DNA of 32,000 nucleotides from an uncultured archaeon (GTDB lineage: Archaea > Iainarchaeota > Iainarchaeia > Iainarchaeales > DATDZZ01). The stretch spans positions 1 to 32,000 of the forward strand of contig CAYJVY010000011.1 in the NCBI GenBank assembly GCA_964373795.1. Reading direction: 5' to 3'. The notes under the pieces were generated by a model. It ran no database searches. It saw nothing but the letters and a program-made list of their open reading frames with translations, and was not told where the DNA came from. Made by a program: the position numbers and the translations under genes. How positions within the stretch are numbered: position 1 is the stretch's first letter; each line of letters begins with the position of its first letter. Positions 23,301 to 32,000 of this stretch are shown here, in pieces.

Positions 23301-24387
23301 AACAGCTTTGGAAAAACTTGATTTAAAAGAAATTGAAAAAGAAGAAAAAGAATCAAGGAAAGCATTAGATGGAAGATTAGAGGAATTAAAAAAAGAAATA
23401 AAAGAACACGAAGAAGAATTACTGAAACTAAAAGAAATTGAAAAAGAATCAAAAGAAAAAGCTAAAGAAGGATTAACTGAATTGCTTGCAAAAAGAGCAA
23501 TTAAAGTTAAAGTAAATGTTGCCTTGCCTGATGCAGCAGAAAAAGCAGCTAAAACAAATGCAGACGGAGTAGGCTTATTGAGAGCGGAACACATGATTAC
23601 TGCTTCAGGAATTCATCCAGCAAACTTTATTAGAGAAGGAAAAAAACAAGAATTAGTGAAAACAGTTAAAGAAGGAATTAAAAAAGTAGCAGAATTATTT
23701 AAAGAAAAACCAGTATGGTATAGAACATTTGATGCTAGAACAGATGAATTCAGGCACTTAAAAGGAGGAGAAAAAGAACCAAAAGAAGCCAATCCAATGC
23801 TTGGATGGCATGGAATTAGAAGAGCTTTAGATGAACCAGAAATAATTAAAGCAGAGTTCACTGCAATAAAAGAATTAGTAAAAGAAGGATTCAATAATAT
23901 CGGAGTAATGCTTCCATTTGTTGAAGCAGTTGAAGAAGTAAAAAAAGCAAAAGAAATAGCTAAAAGCATTGGCTTACAACCATTAAAAGACGTTGAATTC
24001 GGAGTAATGATTGAAACCCCTGGAGCAGTATGGATTATTGATGAATTAATTGAAGAAGGAATAAGCTTTATTTCATTTGGAACAAACGATTTAACTCAGC
24101 TTACTCTTGGATTGGATAGAAATAATGAAAGAATTCAAAAATGGTTTAATTCAAAGCATCCAGCAATTCTAAGGCAATGCGAATACGTAATAAAAAAATG
24201 CCTTAAAGCAGGGGTAAAAACATCTATTTGCGGACAAGCAGGATCAGATCCTGAAATGGTGAAAAAATTAATTGAATACGGAATTACAAGTGTTTCCGCA
24301 AACATTGATGCAGTGGAAAAAATTAAAGAACTAGTTCTAGAAGAAGAAAAAAAGAAAATCTTAAACAAAATCGATAAAGAAAACTAG
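20323..24387 (+). CDS. ppsA: Phosphoenolpyruvate synthase (pyruvate, water dikinase) precursor containing an intein.
   Basis: The N-terminal ATP-grasp region has VGGKGANLGEM and VAVRSSATAEDLP|...|SASFAGQQDTYLN. The swivel domain has ASPGIISGKV...GGSTCHAAIVSRELGIPCVVG. The C-terminal PEP/pyruvate TIM barrel has DGVGLLRAEHM, GVMIETPGAV and FISFGTNDLTQ. The precursor is 1354 aa; after removing the 520-aa intein it is 834 aa. Confidence 0.9.
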   Translation: MKSIAWFKEIKKEDVGIVGGKGANLGEMVNADFPVPLGFCITAQAYFKWLEDTGLKKIIIKKINSIDVENTEQLEQTTKEVRELIIKKDLSLDLKSEILKAYHTLSEKKIGWIGLTEYVYVAVRSSATAEDLPSIVEDSHVLVKINGKTIYDSIKNIYNLYGDCTNNEVEVIALENNEAKWIKAQQIYCHPAKEKKLYKIVTETGREITITKNHTLIVLDEDTLNPKTISIDELKNGQKVPVTKSIPFIDSNLKFIDVLEYIQDNDIFLEEDLVYIKNNSSNWTIQNPLKRHISINKNLAYFLGLYCAEGSTYLENGVIITNSDKNVIEKTKTFLRELELYNNQKINKHSIRVYCKTLVRLLHVIIGKPLNIKGKGKSAQIKKVPNFIFDCSKEIIGTFLSGCFDGDGYIGREAIEYTSISEMLIGGIVKLLELLNINFYIRKKKNTFTIYIPASQAEQFKNMINLNHSEKSKKLDNLITRYNKREKHAEFKNPFIVSPTLSKNLRNAFNETLEKRLGEIAKCIQCKNSVEKTSYYKNRLRYYCKHCKKTFYEKEIIKEEIDKYVYYDEKGRFKKYFTPWNKALIRGRLSSTRFEKFIKKNNLKDYVQFFNNSVLWDQVKEIQEIDYNGMVYDFTVPKIENFAAGLGGIITHNSASFAGQQDTYLNIIGDQKLLDAVKRCWASLFNARATYYRKKQGFRTEKVGISVVVQKMVNSEVAGVMFTSTPTGDETKIVIEAAYGLGEVVVSGSVTPDTYILDKESLQILSKKTSTQTWMTIRKSGASQKEDVNEKMQEKQKLEDKHIIELARIGKRIEAHYGHAQDIEWALENDRLYIVQSRAITTLGLGKKALEKETQKIETTAKPLIIGLAASPGIISGKVIIVPTVEDIQKVKTGDIIVTIMTDPDWVPIMRKASGIITNEGGSTCHAAIVSRELGIPCVVGTGNATDILRDNEEITLDGFTGRIFEGKIAISKPKEELEKKELIQEKEIKKIETALEKLDLKEIEKEEKESRKALDGRLEELKKEIKEHEEELLKLKEIEKESKEKAKEGLTELLAKRAIKVKVNVALPDAAEKAAKTNADGVGLLRAEHMITASGIHPANFIREGKKQELVKTVKEGIKKVAELFKEKPVWYRTFDARTDEFRHLKGGEKEPKEANPMLGWHGIRRALDEPEIIKAEFTAIKELVKEGFNNIGVMLPFVEAVEEVKKAKEIAKSIGLQPLKDVEFGVMIETPGAVWIIDELIEEGISFISFGTNDLTQLTLGLDRNNERIQKWFNSKHPAILRQCEYVIKKCLKAGVKTSICGQAGSDPEMVKKLIEYGITSVSANIDAVEKIKELVLEEEKKKILNKIDKEN
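20722..22281 (+). mobile_element. Intein (520 aa) with a LAGLIDADG homing endonuclease domain, inserted in the ppsA ATP-grasp motif.
   Basis: Block A is SIVEDSHVLV (Ser1). Block B is GREITITKNHTLIV (TxxH). The LAGLIDADG motifs are LAYFLGLYCAEGS and FLSGCFDGDGYIG. Blocks F/G are VYDFTVPKIENFAAG and GGIITHN, followed by the +1 Ser. Joining the flanks restores the conserved AEDLP-SASFAGQQ. Confidence 0.85.
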
Positions 24388-24430
24388 GAAAGATTTTTAT
24401 TAAAGTAAAGCATTATTTTTTGAGATTGAA

Positions 24431-25186
24431 ATGAGTTTTTCAAAAATATTAATTGCATTGATTTTAATTTCATTAACCGTAAGTGTAGCCGCGCATACAG
24501 AAACTAAAGAGCCTGCAGCAGGAGAAATAACTGAATTTCTTCCATTAGATCCATTTCAAGGAATAATTATTGCTTCAATAATTATTTTACTAATTTTAAT
24601 TATTTCTTTTGCTTTACAGAATTCTTTAAGCAATCAGGTAAAAAAAATACTTTTTGTAATCATTGTAATAGCAACTGTTTTGCCAACACTTTATTTAGCC
24701 GGAAGCACTGTTTACCTAAATCTAATATCTGAATCTGAAGGGCCAATTCATTGGCATGCAGATTTCGAAATAGAGATTTGCGGAGAAAAAATTAACAAAG
24801 AATTAATTGAATCAGAAGGCTTGTCAAATAAAGTTGGAAACTCTGTATTTCATCATCATAATGATTACAGAATTCATGTTGAAGGAGTTTTAATAAAAAA
24901 ATCCCAAGCATCTCTTGGAAATTTTTTCAAAGTAATTGGAGGAGAATTTGAAAAAAGCCATTTAAGGATTCCATTAAAAAATGGAAAATTTAAAGAAGTT
25001 CGATTAGGAGATAAATGCCCTAACGGAAAACCTGGAAAACTAAAATTATTAGTATTAAATCGTGAAACAGAAAAATTTGAAGAAAATCCTTTATTAGATG
25101 AATATGTGTTAAAGCCTTTTGAATTAATTCCTCCAGGAGATGAATTAAAAATTGTGTTTGACTCTGAAAATGGAAGTGAAAAATAA
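24431..25186 (+). CDS. Membrane-anchored hypothetical protein with His-rich motifs.
   Basis: It has a signal/anchor sequence plus two further TM segments. The soluble domain carries IHWHADFEIEICGEK and VFHHHNDYRIHVEG. Its stop overlaps the next start by 1 nt. Confidence 0.5.
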   Translation: MSFSKILIALILISLTVSVAAHTETKEPAAGEITEFLPLDPFQGIIIASIIILLILIISFALQNSLSNQVKKILFVIIVIATVLPTLYLAGSTVYLNLISESEGPIHWHADFEIEICGEKINKELIESEGLSNKVGNSVFHHHNDYRIHVEGVLIKKSQASLGNFFKVIGGEFEKSHLRIPLKNGKFKEVRLGDKCPNGKPGKLKLLVLNRETEKFEENPLLDEYVLKPFELIPPGDELKIVFDSENGSEK

Positions 25187-25896
25187 TGGCAGTAGAAGCA
25201 TCTATTCCTGCATTAAGCACTGTAATAATTACTGCATTAATTGATTCAGTTAATCCTTGTGCAATAGGAGTATTAATTTTACTTATTTCAACAGTTATTG
25301 CTACTTCTCAAACAAAAAAAAGAATGCTTTCACTTGGATTTGCATACATTGCAGCAGTATTCATTACTTATTTTTTAGCAGGAATTGGATTGCTATTCGT
25401 TTTTGCCTACATTCCTCAAACAATTGCAGAATACATTTCAATTATTGTGGGAACATTAATTGTTTTCGCAGGCTTAATTGAATTAAAAGATTTTTACTGG
25501 TATGGACAAGGATTTTCGTTATCAATTCCTCCTGAAATGAGTAAAAAAATTTCAAATTATACAAAAAATTTAAGCATTCCAGGAATAATGTTTTTAGGAG
25601 CATTTGTTTCAGCAGTTGAATTGCCTTGCACTGGAGCTCCATATCTAGCAATTTTATTAGTATTAAAACAAAGCTTTGATTTAACTGCTTTAGGATTACT
25701 AATCTTATATAATTTTATTTTTGTTTTACCATTAATAGTAATACTTTTATTAGCAGCTTTAGGAATAAAGATAACAGAAATAAAGGCTTGGAAACATAGA
25801 AACAGGCCTTACATGAGATTATTTAGTGGAATGCTTTTAATTGCATTAGGATGGCTATTAATTTTAATTGCAAACGGAACAATTAATTTCGGGTGA
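25186..25896 (+). CDS. CcdA/DsbD-family transmembrane thiol-disulfide electron transporter.
   Basis: A six-TM protein with one Cys in each half, in the characteristic contexts LIDSVNPCAIGVL and VELPCTGAPYLA. Confidence 0.6.
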   Translation: MAVEASIPALSTVIITALIDSVNPCAIGVLILLISTVIATSQTKKRMLSLGFAYIAAVFITYFLAGIGLLFVFAYIPQTIAEYISIIVGTLIVFAGLIELKDFYWYGQGFSLSIPPEMSKKISNYTKNLSIPGIMFLGAFVSAVELPCTGAPYLAILLVLKQSFDLTALGLLILYNFIFVLPLIVILLLAALGIKITEIKAWKHRNRPYMRLFSGMLLIALGWLLILIANGTINFG

Positions 25897-25901
25897 AAAA
25901 A

Positions 25902-26174
25902 ATGAATTCAATAATTGTGAAAAGAAGAGGACATGAAGAAAAATTTGATGCAAAAAAATTATATGGAAGCGTTTACTGGGCATGTAAAAGCAGTCACTTA
26001 CAAGAACAATTTTGTGAACAAACATCTGAAAAAGTTTTAAAAGCAGTAAAACAATGGTTAAAGAAAAGAAAAAAAGTTGACTCAAACCAAATCTTTAAAT
26101 GCATTGTAAAAGAATTAAAAAAACACGATAAAGATGCTTCATTCATGTATGAAACGCATAGAGATTTAAGTTAA
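25902..26174 (+). CDS. Stand-alone ATP-cone domain protein.
   Basis: IIVKRRGHEEKFDAKKLYGSVYWAC...ASFMYETHRD fits the ATP-cone pattern (v.KRdG..e.Fd..Ki..si..A....a.aY..yR). The ATG at 25902 is preferred over the GTG at 25893. Confidence 0.6.
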   Translation: MNSIIVKRRGHEEKFDAKKLYGSVYWACKSSHLQEQFCEQTSEKVLKAVKQWLKKRKKVDSNQIFKCIVKELKKHDKDASFMYETHRDLS

Positions 26175-26257
26175 CATGCATTAAAATAAATTAGTTTGAA
26201 AAAGAAATATATTATTAATTGTTGCATTAACTAATTTTTTTAAGAGTTAAAAGAATT

Positions 26258-26372
26258 GGGCCTGTAGCTCAGTTGGTAGAGCACATGACAAATTAAATCA
26301 TTCAATAATTAATGATTGGTTTGGGTGAAGCTCTTAACCATGGGGTCAGGGGTTCGAATCCCCTCAGGCTCG
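26258..26372 (+). tRNA. tRNA-Lys(CUU): tRNA-Lys (anticodon CUU) with a 42-nt intron (26288..26329) at position 30/31.
   Basis: Hand-folded. The acceptor is GGGCCTG/CAGGCTC (one G-U pair). The D-arm is GCTC-AGTTGGTA-GAGC. The T-arm is AGGGG-TTCGAAT-CCCCT. Removing 26288-26329 creates the anticodon stem CATGG/CCATG and loop CTCTTAA (U33, CUU, A37). The mature length is 73 nt. Confidence 0.8.
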
Positions 26373-26383
26373 TTTCATTAACT

Positions 26384-27967
26384 CTACCCTGATTCAATAG
26401 AGAAAAGAATTGGTGGATCAATTTTTACTTCAGTTCTTGTTTTAGGGTCTTCAAAGGATACTTCAATCAAGCATTCAATTTTTTGGCTTGGCTCTGCTGC
26501 ATCAGGAAAAGAAAAAGTCATTGGAACAGAAAACTTGCTATTACTTGAACCCTTTCTCTTTAAATCAATTGGAAAAATGTTTGCAGTTTTTTGAGGAATA
26601 TTAATAATTGAAGTACTCTCACAGCTATCTAATCCAAAATCGTTAAGACTTCCTTGTTTTACTTGAAGGTCTACTTTTGAAACATCTAAATCTCCTTTGT
26701 TTTCCAAGTCAAGAGAAACTTGTTTTTTTTCAGGGTTTCCACTTGAATCTCTTCTAAGCTTATAATTATTTTCCAAAGGCCTTAACAAAGCAGAAACCAG
26801 AATTTCAGCTTCTTTTAATTTTACTTCAAGTAAAAGTTTATGCAAAACAGATTGATCTTTTTTCACAACAAGATATCCAGTTCCAAGAACTTGCCTTGCA
26901 GTTGCAGGAGGGGAAAACTTTAACAAGCCAATAAATTCATTATTTTGCTTGTCAGCAGAAATATCAATAAAGCAATTCTTAATATTTTCACAACCAGTTA
27001 AAGAAAACCAATTCAAAAAATCGTCTTTACTGTTTTCACCTACATCAGCTAATTCAATGCTTATTTGAATTTTTTCAATTTTAATTGAACCCTTATTAGT
27101 TATCTTAATATCCTTAGTTAAATCTGCTCCAGCTTTTGCATCCATGGAAAGAGTTCCAGTAGGATTAATACTTGTCTCAGGCTTTGGAAAAACTCTAAAA
27201 GAAAACTCTTTATTAGTTTTATCGCTTTTCAACAAACCTTTAATTAAAAACTGGCCTTTTAATTCATCGCCTTTAGATTTATCTTTAACTCTATAACTGT
27301 CTTTAACTTTTACTCTAAGCTTTAATTCATCTTCTCCATTAGGAGATAAAGGAAAAGTACTTGGAACAAATTCCGTTGACTCAAAAACGTCTTTAAACTC
27401 TTTTCCATCTAAATCAAAACTTAATTCAACTAATTTTTTTTGATCTTTATTCTTAATCCTAGTTAAAGCAAATTCTTTTTCCTCTCCAATAGATAAATCA
27501 GGAAAAGAAAAATCCAATAAATCTAAATCAAAATCTTTAGACAAAGTAATATTAGAAGGGGAAACTCCTCCACGAGTTACAGTAATTTCTTGAGACAAAG
27601 CCTTGTGTTTTGGAATGGGATTAAACTCAATTGAATAAGTTCCCTCTCTAAGCTTTCCAGAAATTATTCCAGAACTAAACTCTAAAACCTTGCTTCCTTT
27701 AGAATCTAAAACACTTCCAGAAGCAGCTGAAATAACTTTGCTTTCAGTATCCTTAATTGAAACATTTACTTCAACAATGCCTCCAATAAAAAAATCGTAA
27801 ACAAAAAACACCACTATTAAGAAAACAAGTAATGCAAGAATTTTCTTCCAATGAGGAAGAATAGGGGAAAGCATTTCCTTCACTGAATCCAAAGGCCCTC
27901 CAGATGATTGTCCGCCAAACCCTCTAGGTTCAAATCCGCCTCCAGAAAACTCGTCAAAATTAGCCAT
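26384..27967 (-). CDS. Membrane-anchored large extracellular protein (beta-rich, Ig-like repeats likely).
   Basis: It has a Gly-rich N-terminal tail (GGGFEPRGFGGQSSGG) and a single TM segment (ILALLVFLIVVFFVYDFFIGG). The following ~460 aa are Ser/Lys/Asp-rich with alternating polar and hydrophobic patterns. Confidence 0.5.
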   Translation of the reverse strand: MANFDEFSGGGFEPRGFGGQSSGGPLDSVKEMLSPILPHWKKILALLVFLIVVFFVYDFFIGGIVEVNVSIKDTESKVISAASGSVLDSKGSKVLEFSSGIISGKLREGTYSIEFNPIPKHKALSQEITVTRGGVSPSNITLSKDFDLDLLDFSFPDLSIGEEKEFALTRIKNKDQKKLVELSFDLDGKEFKDVFESTEFVPSTFPLSPNGEDELKLRVKVKDSYRVKDKSKGDELKGQFLIKGLLKSDKTNKEFSFRVFPKPETSINPTGTLSMDAKAGADLTKDIKITNKGSIKIEKIQISIELADVGENSKDDFLNWFSLTGCENIKNCFIDISADKQNNEFIGLLKFSPPATARQVLGTGYLVVKKDQSVLHKLLLEVKLKEAEILVSALLRPLENNYKLRRDSSGNPEKKQVSLDLENKGDLDVSKVDLQVKQGSLNDFGLDSCESTSIINIPQKTANIFPIDLKRKGSSNSKFSVPMTFSFPDAAEPSQKIECLIEVSFEDPKTRTEVKIDPPILFSIESG

Positions 27968-28065
27968 TCAAAGCCTCAATAAATTTAATCAAATGATTTA
28001 TATAATAAAAAACAAATATTTAATTCTTTTTACATTAAATACCTATAATAATTAAAGGAATTTAA

Positions 28066-28494
28066 GTGAAAAACACTAAATTAGATGAAAACGAGAAAGA
28101 ATTAAAGTTGTTTTTGTTATTCGTATTAATTTTAACCATACTTATTTTTGGATACATTTACTGGCTTCAATTAAACAAACAACCCGAAACATTTTCAGAA
28201 ACCTATTTAGGAAAAATGGAAAAAGAAGCAAAAGTTAATAAAGAATTCAATGTACAATTTATTATTGAAAACAAAGAAAGAAAACCAATGAATTACAATT
28301 ATTCAATTTCAATTGAAGAAAAAGAAATTGAAAAAAAAGTTTCACTACAAGAAAATGAAAAAAAAACAATTAATGAAAAAATTATTTTCACAAAAGCAAG
28401 CGAAGAAAAAAGAGTTTTAATTGAAGTAAAAAAAGATGAAAACAATTCCAAAGAATTAAGTTTATGGTTTTGGGTGAAAGTAAATGAAAATTAG
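28066..28494 (+). CDS. Hypothetical single-pass membrane protein (GTG start).
   Basis: A TM segment (LFLLFVLILTILIFGYIYWL) is followed by a K/E-rich beta-like domain. Confidence 0.4.
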   Translation: MKNTKLDENEKELKLFLLFVLILTILIFGYIYWLQLNKQPETFSETYLGKMEKEAKVNKEFNVQFIIENKERKPMNYNYSISIEEKEIEKKVSLQENEKKTINEKIIFTKASEEKRVLIEVKKDENNSKELSLWFWVKVNEN

Positions 28495-28906
28495 TTTTAT
28501 TAGTTGCTCTGAACAAGAAATTGATTTCTTGCCAGAATTAGAAGAATTTTTAGTAAACGAAGTAATGGGTTTAGAAACAGAAACTTTCTACGTTCCAACA
28601 GTTTTAGATATTCCTTTACAAGCAAAACAAGTATCAAGCAACTCAGACTTAGTTTTTACGTTATACTCATTTGAAAAAGAAGATAAAAGAATTTCACTTG
28701 TTTTGGAAAAACTTTTAAAAATCGAATTAGATTCAAATACCAGAATAGTTAAAGCAATTGAAGAAACAGAAGAATCAGAAATTTTAACTGAAGAAGACGT
28801 TCAAAAAGAAAAAGAAAGACTAGTAAAAAAATGGGGAGAAACAATAATTAATTTAATTCACTTTCCTGAAAAATTTAAACCAGGATTTGAAGAAACAGAA
28901 GAATAA
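28484..28906 (+). CDS. Hypothetical acidic protein.
   Basis: Overlaps the previous ORF by 11 nt. From memory it has only a faint layout resemblance to archaeal riboflavin synthase / lumazine-synthase-fold proteins (VPTVLDIPLQAKQV..DLVFTL ... LIHFPEKF). That is not enough for a functional call. Confidence 0.35.
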   Translation: MKISFISCSEQEIDFLPELEEFLVNEVMGLETETFYVPTVLDIPLQAKQVSSNSDLVFTLYSFEKEDKRISLVLEKLLKIELDSNTRIVKAIEETEESEILTEEDVQKEKERLVKKWGETIINLIHFPEKFKPGFEETEE

Positions 28907-28908
28907 AA

Positions 28909-29577
28909 CTATTTTTTTCTTCCAACAATTAATGCATGATCTTTTTCAAAAGGCTCTAAAAAAAGCACTTGCAAAACATTAAAGTCTTTTTTCAAGCTTT
29001 CCTCAACTTCTTTGAAAACCTTTTTAGGATTTGCAGCAACATCAATTGAACGAGCCTTTACAGCTAACAAGCCAATGCCATTTTTCTTTAAAAAGCATTC
29101 AGCATTCTTCAAAAAAATCTCGCTTTGATTTTTTTGAGAAACATCTTGAAACAATACATCTACTTCTAAAACAAATTCTTTATACAATTCAGGATGATTG
29201 GCGGACTGCATTATTGGAACTAAATTTTTTCTTTTCTCGCAAAGCATTACAAATTTCCTCATTACTCGAGCAGAAATATCAACTCCAAAAACAACTCCCT
29301 TTAATCCAACAATATCCGAAATATGGGAAACAGTTGTTCCTTCAGCGCTACCCAAATATAACACTCTTGAACCATCATTAAATGGAAATGTTTTCAAACC
29401 CTTTTTAATTGCTGCTCCTAATTTAGATCTTTGAGGCTTCCACTCTCTATATTCAACTCCATTAAATTTGAACAAGTTTTCTCCATAAACTTTTTCTCCT
29501 GGAACAAGGTTTTTAGTTACAAGTTTATTTTTAAAAACAAAAAGTCCTGGAAAAATTTGTTTAAGCATAAAAATCAA
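28909..29577 (-). CDS. flpA: Fibrillarin, the box C/D RNP 2'-O-methyltransferase.
   Basis: VYGENL..EYREWKPQRSKLGAAI, VLYLGSAEGTTVSHISDIVG (the SAM motif), GVDISARVMR and KRKNLVPIMQSANHPELY are all present. It lies immediately downstream of nop5 (2-nt gap), the conserved archaeal operon arrangement. Confidence 0.9.
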   Translation of the reverse strand: MIFMLKQIFPGLFVFKNKLVTKNLVPGEKVYGENLFKFNGVEYREWKPQRSKLGAAIKKGLKTFPFNDGSRVLYLGSAEGTTVSHISDIVGLKGVVFGVDISARVMRKFVMLCEKRKNLVPIMQSANHPELYKEFVLEVDVLFQDVSQKNQSEIFLKNAECFLKKNGIGLLAVKARSIDVAANPKKVFKEVEESLKKDFNVLQVLFLEPFEKDHALIVGRKK

Positions 29578-29579
29578 AA

Positions 29580-30389
29580 TTAATTTCTTAAACCTTTAAC
29601 TTGTTCTAAACGTTTTAGAAGACTTTTCTCTAAATCTTTTGCAATAAAGGCTTTACCAAAAAAATCTTCTTTAACTGCAATTGCAAGTTTTGCAGCTAAA
29701 GCCCTGGCTATTTTACCTTTTTGTTTTGGCTTTAATTCTTTAAGCATTGGATGCTGAAACAAATATCCATGCTTTGGAGGATTTGAATGAGTTTTTAAAT
29801 GCTGAAACAAGGACTTTTCTGCTCCAAGAACTTGAAGAGTTGAAGAAGGCAAAAAAGCAAGTTTTTCTAGCGAACCCGAATGAGCTAAAAATCTTGCTCC
29901 AAGCAATCCTCCACATAAATAAGAAAAATTTGGAGCAACTTCTTTCATTCCTTGTTCAATGAATTCAACTAATTCTTTTCTAAATTTTTTTAAATTCAAA
30001 GCATTTCTTGCAAGAGACTGAATTTCAATTAAATCTTTTTCTGAAAGATTTGCTCCCATGGAAGTATTTACCTTGCTTAAAATTTCTTCAATCTTTTTCT
30101 CGTTTTTATAAAATGCTATTAAATATTTTTTAGAAAAATTTTTTCTTTCTCCAAGCAAAACACAATTCAAGTAAACTTCGTTGTCATTTAAAAGCAATTG
30201 AAGTTCAGGAAAATGCATTCCAAACCATTCAATACAGTGCTCAGATAATTCATTAAAAGATTCATCTAATTCATCAATAACTGAAACAGCTTTAACTAAA
30301 TGCAAGTCTCTAGAAGAATACTTTTCTTTAACTTGTTTTTTTGTTTCAGCAATGAGTTTTTCACGAATTTCATTAAATGAGTTAGCCAT
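29580..30389 (-). CDS. nop5: Nop5 (Nop56/58) box C/D RNP core protein, NOP domain only.
   Basis: EWFGMHFPEL, MGANLSEKDL, APNFSYLCGGLLGARFLAHSGSLEKLAFLPSSTLQVLGAEKSLF, PKHGYLFQHP and KIARALAAKLAIA are NOP-domain signatures. Only about 30 residues precede the domain. Confidence 0.85.
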   Translation of the reverse strand: MANSFNEIREKLIAETKKQVKEKYSSRDLHLVKAVSVIDELDESFNELSEHCIEWFGMHFPELQLLLNDNEVYLNCVLLGERKNFSKKYLIAFYKNEKKIEEILSKVNTSMGANLSEKDLIEIQSLARNALNLKKFRKELVEFIEQGMKEVAPNFSYLCGGLLGARFLAHSGSLEKLAFLPSSTLQVLGAEKSLFQHLKTHSNPPKHGYLFQHPMLKELKPKQKGKIARALAAKLAIAVKEDFFGKAFIAKDLEKSLLKRLEQVKGLRN

Positions 30390-30441
30390 AATAAATAGCT
30401 AAATAGAAAGCAATTTAAAAACTATTTAATTGAATTAAGTC

Positions 30442-31926
<1,485 letters not shown>

Positions 31927-32000
31927 TCCAATAAACTCATTAAATCCAGGAAAAAGCCAAGAAAAACAGACTTAGACAATTGTCAAAAAAAACAATATAT

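Noticed and set aside
23201-24368. Minus-strand ORFs 23201..23452, 23274..23594, 23613..23969 and 24135..24368.
   Set aside because: They are antisense shadows within ppsA, over the K/E-rich insertion and the TIM-barrel region. ppsA has unambiguous motifs across this span.
26283-26340. A canonical 37/38 intron model for the tRNA at 26258..26372.
   Set aside because: Using CATGA as the 5' anticodon stem puts A at position 33 and gives no complementary 3' stem. Only excision of 26288..26329 yields a perfect stem and a U33-CUU-A37 loop.
28484-28906. Calling the 140-aa acidic protein an archaeal riboflavin synthase / lumazine-synthase-fold enzyme.
   Set aside because: The resemblance is a loose layout similarity recalled from memory. 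The substrate-binding N-terminal motif is not conserved, so it remains hypothetical.

Overview
The window is a gene-dense, visibly AT-rich stretch (roughly 30% GC by eye, not computed). It is archaeal, shown by the fibrillarin-Nop5 operon, ribosomal protein L10e, an archaeal-type GlyRS, an intron-containing tRNA and a LAGLIDADG intein. Small proteins, K/E-rich tails and reduced domain architectures suggest a DPANN-like lineage, but that is inference only. All family calls come from motifs read in the translations; no searches were run.

Main contents:
1. Positions 1-6085, minus strand: four translationally coupled paralogs. One was missed by the ORF track because it runs off the window edge. 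Each joins an unassigned, apparently helical domain of about 400 aa to a C-terminal PEP-utilising-enzyme swivel phosphohistidine domain, with no ATP-grasp or PEP/pyruvate TIM-barrel domain. On the same strand they follow three small membrane proteins and an HTH_10 regulator. This is the best candidate for an undescribed system.
2. A bona fide ppsA interrupted by a 520-aa LAGLIDADG intein (Ser1/Ser+1). It also carries a K/E-rich insertion of about 85 aa.
3. An ADP-forming acetyl-CoA synthetase alpha subunit without its beta subunit, co-operonic with a minimal two-subunit [NiFe]-hydrogenase. The small subunit is truncated to 159 aa and has an Asp where the first proximal-cluster Cys is expected. 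A convergent putative maturation protease follows.
4. A conserved-looking ORF with about 100 sense codons upstream of its first ATG/TTG, a perfect AGGAGG upstream of an in-frame ATA/ATT, and a HypC-like C-terminal segment.
5. tRNA-Lys(CUU) with a 42-nt intron at the non-canonical 30/31 position, and tRNA-Cys(GCA) with a GC-rich leader.
6. hicB plus a decayed hicA abutting the tRNA-Cys 3' end.
7. Reduced or eroded housekeeping proteins: Nop5 without its N-terminal domain, a ThiI-like THUMP protein with a destroyed PP-loop, and Mre11 without Rad50.
8. Two palindromic operators in the trmB divergent promoter.

No CRISPR array, rRNA or transposase was seen.
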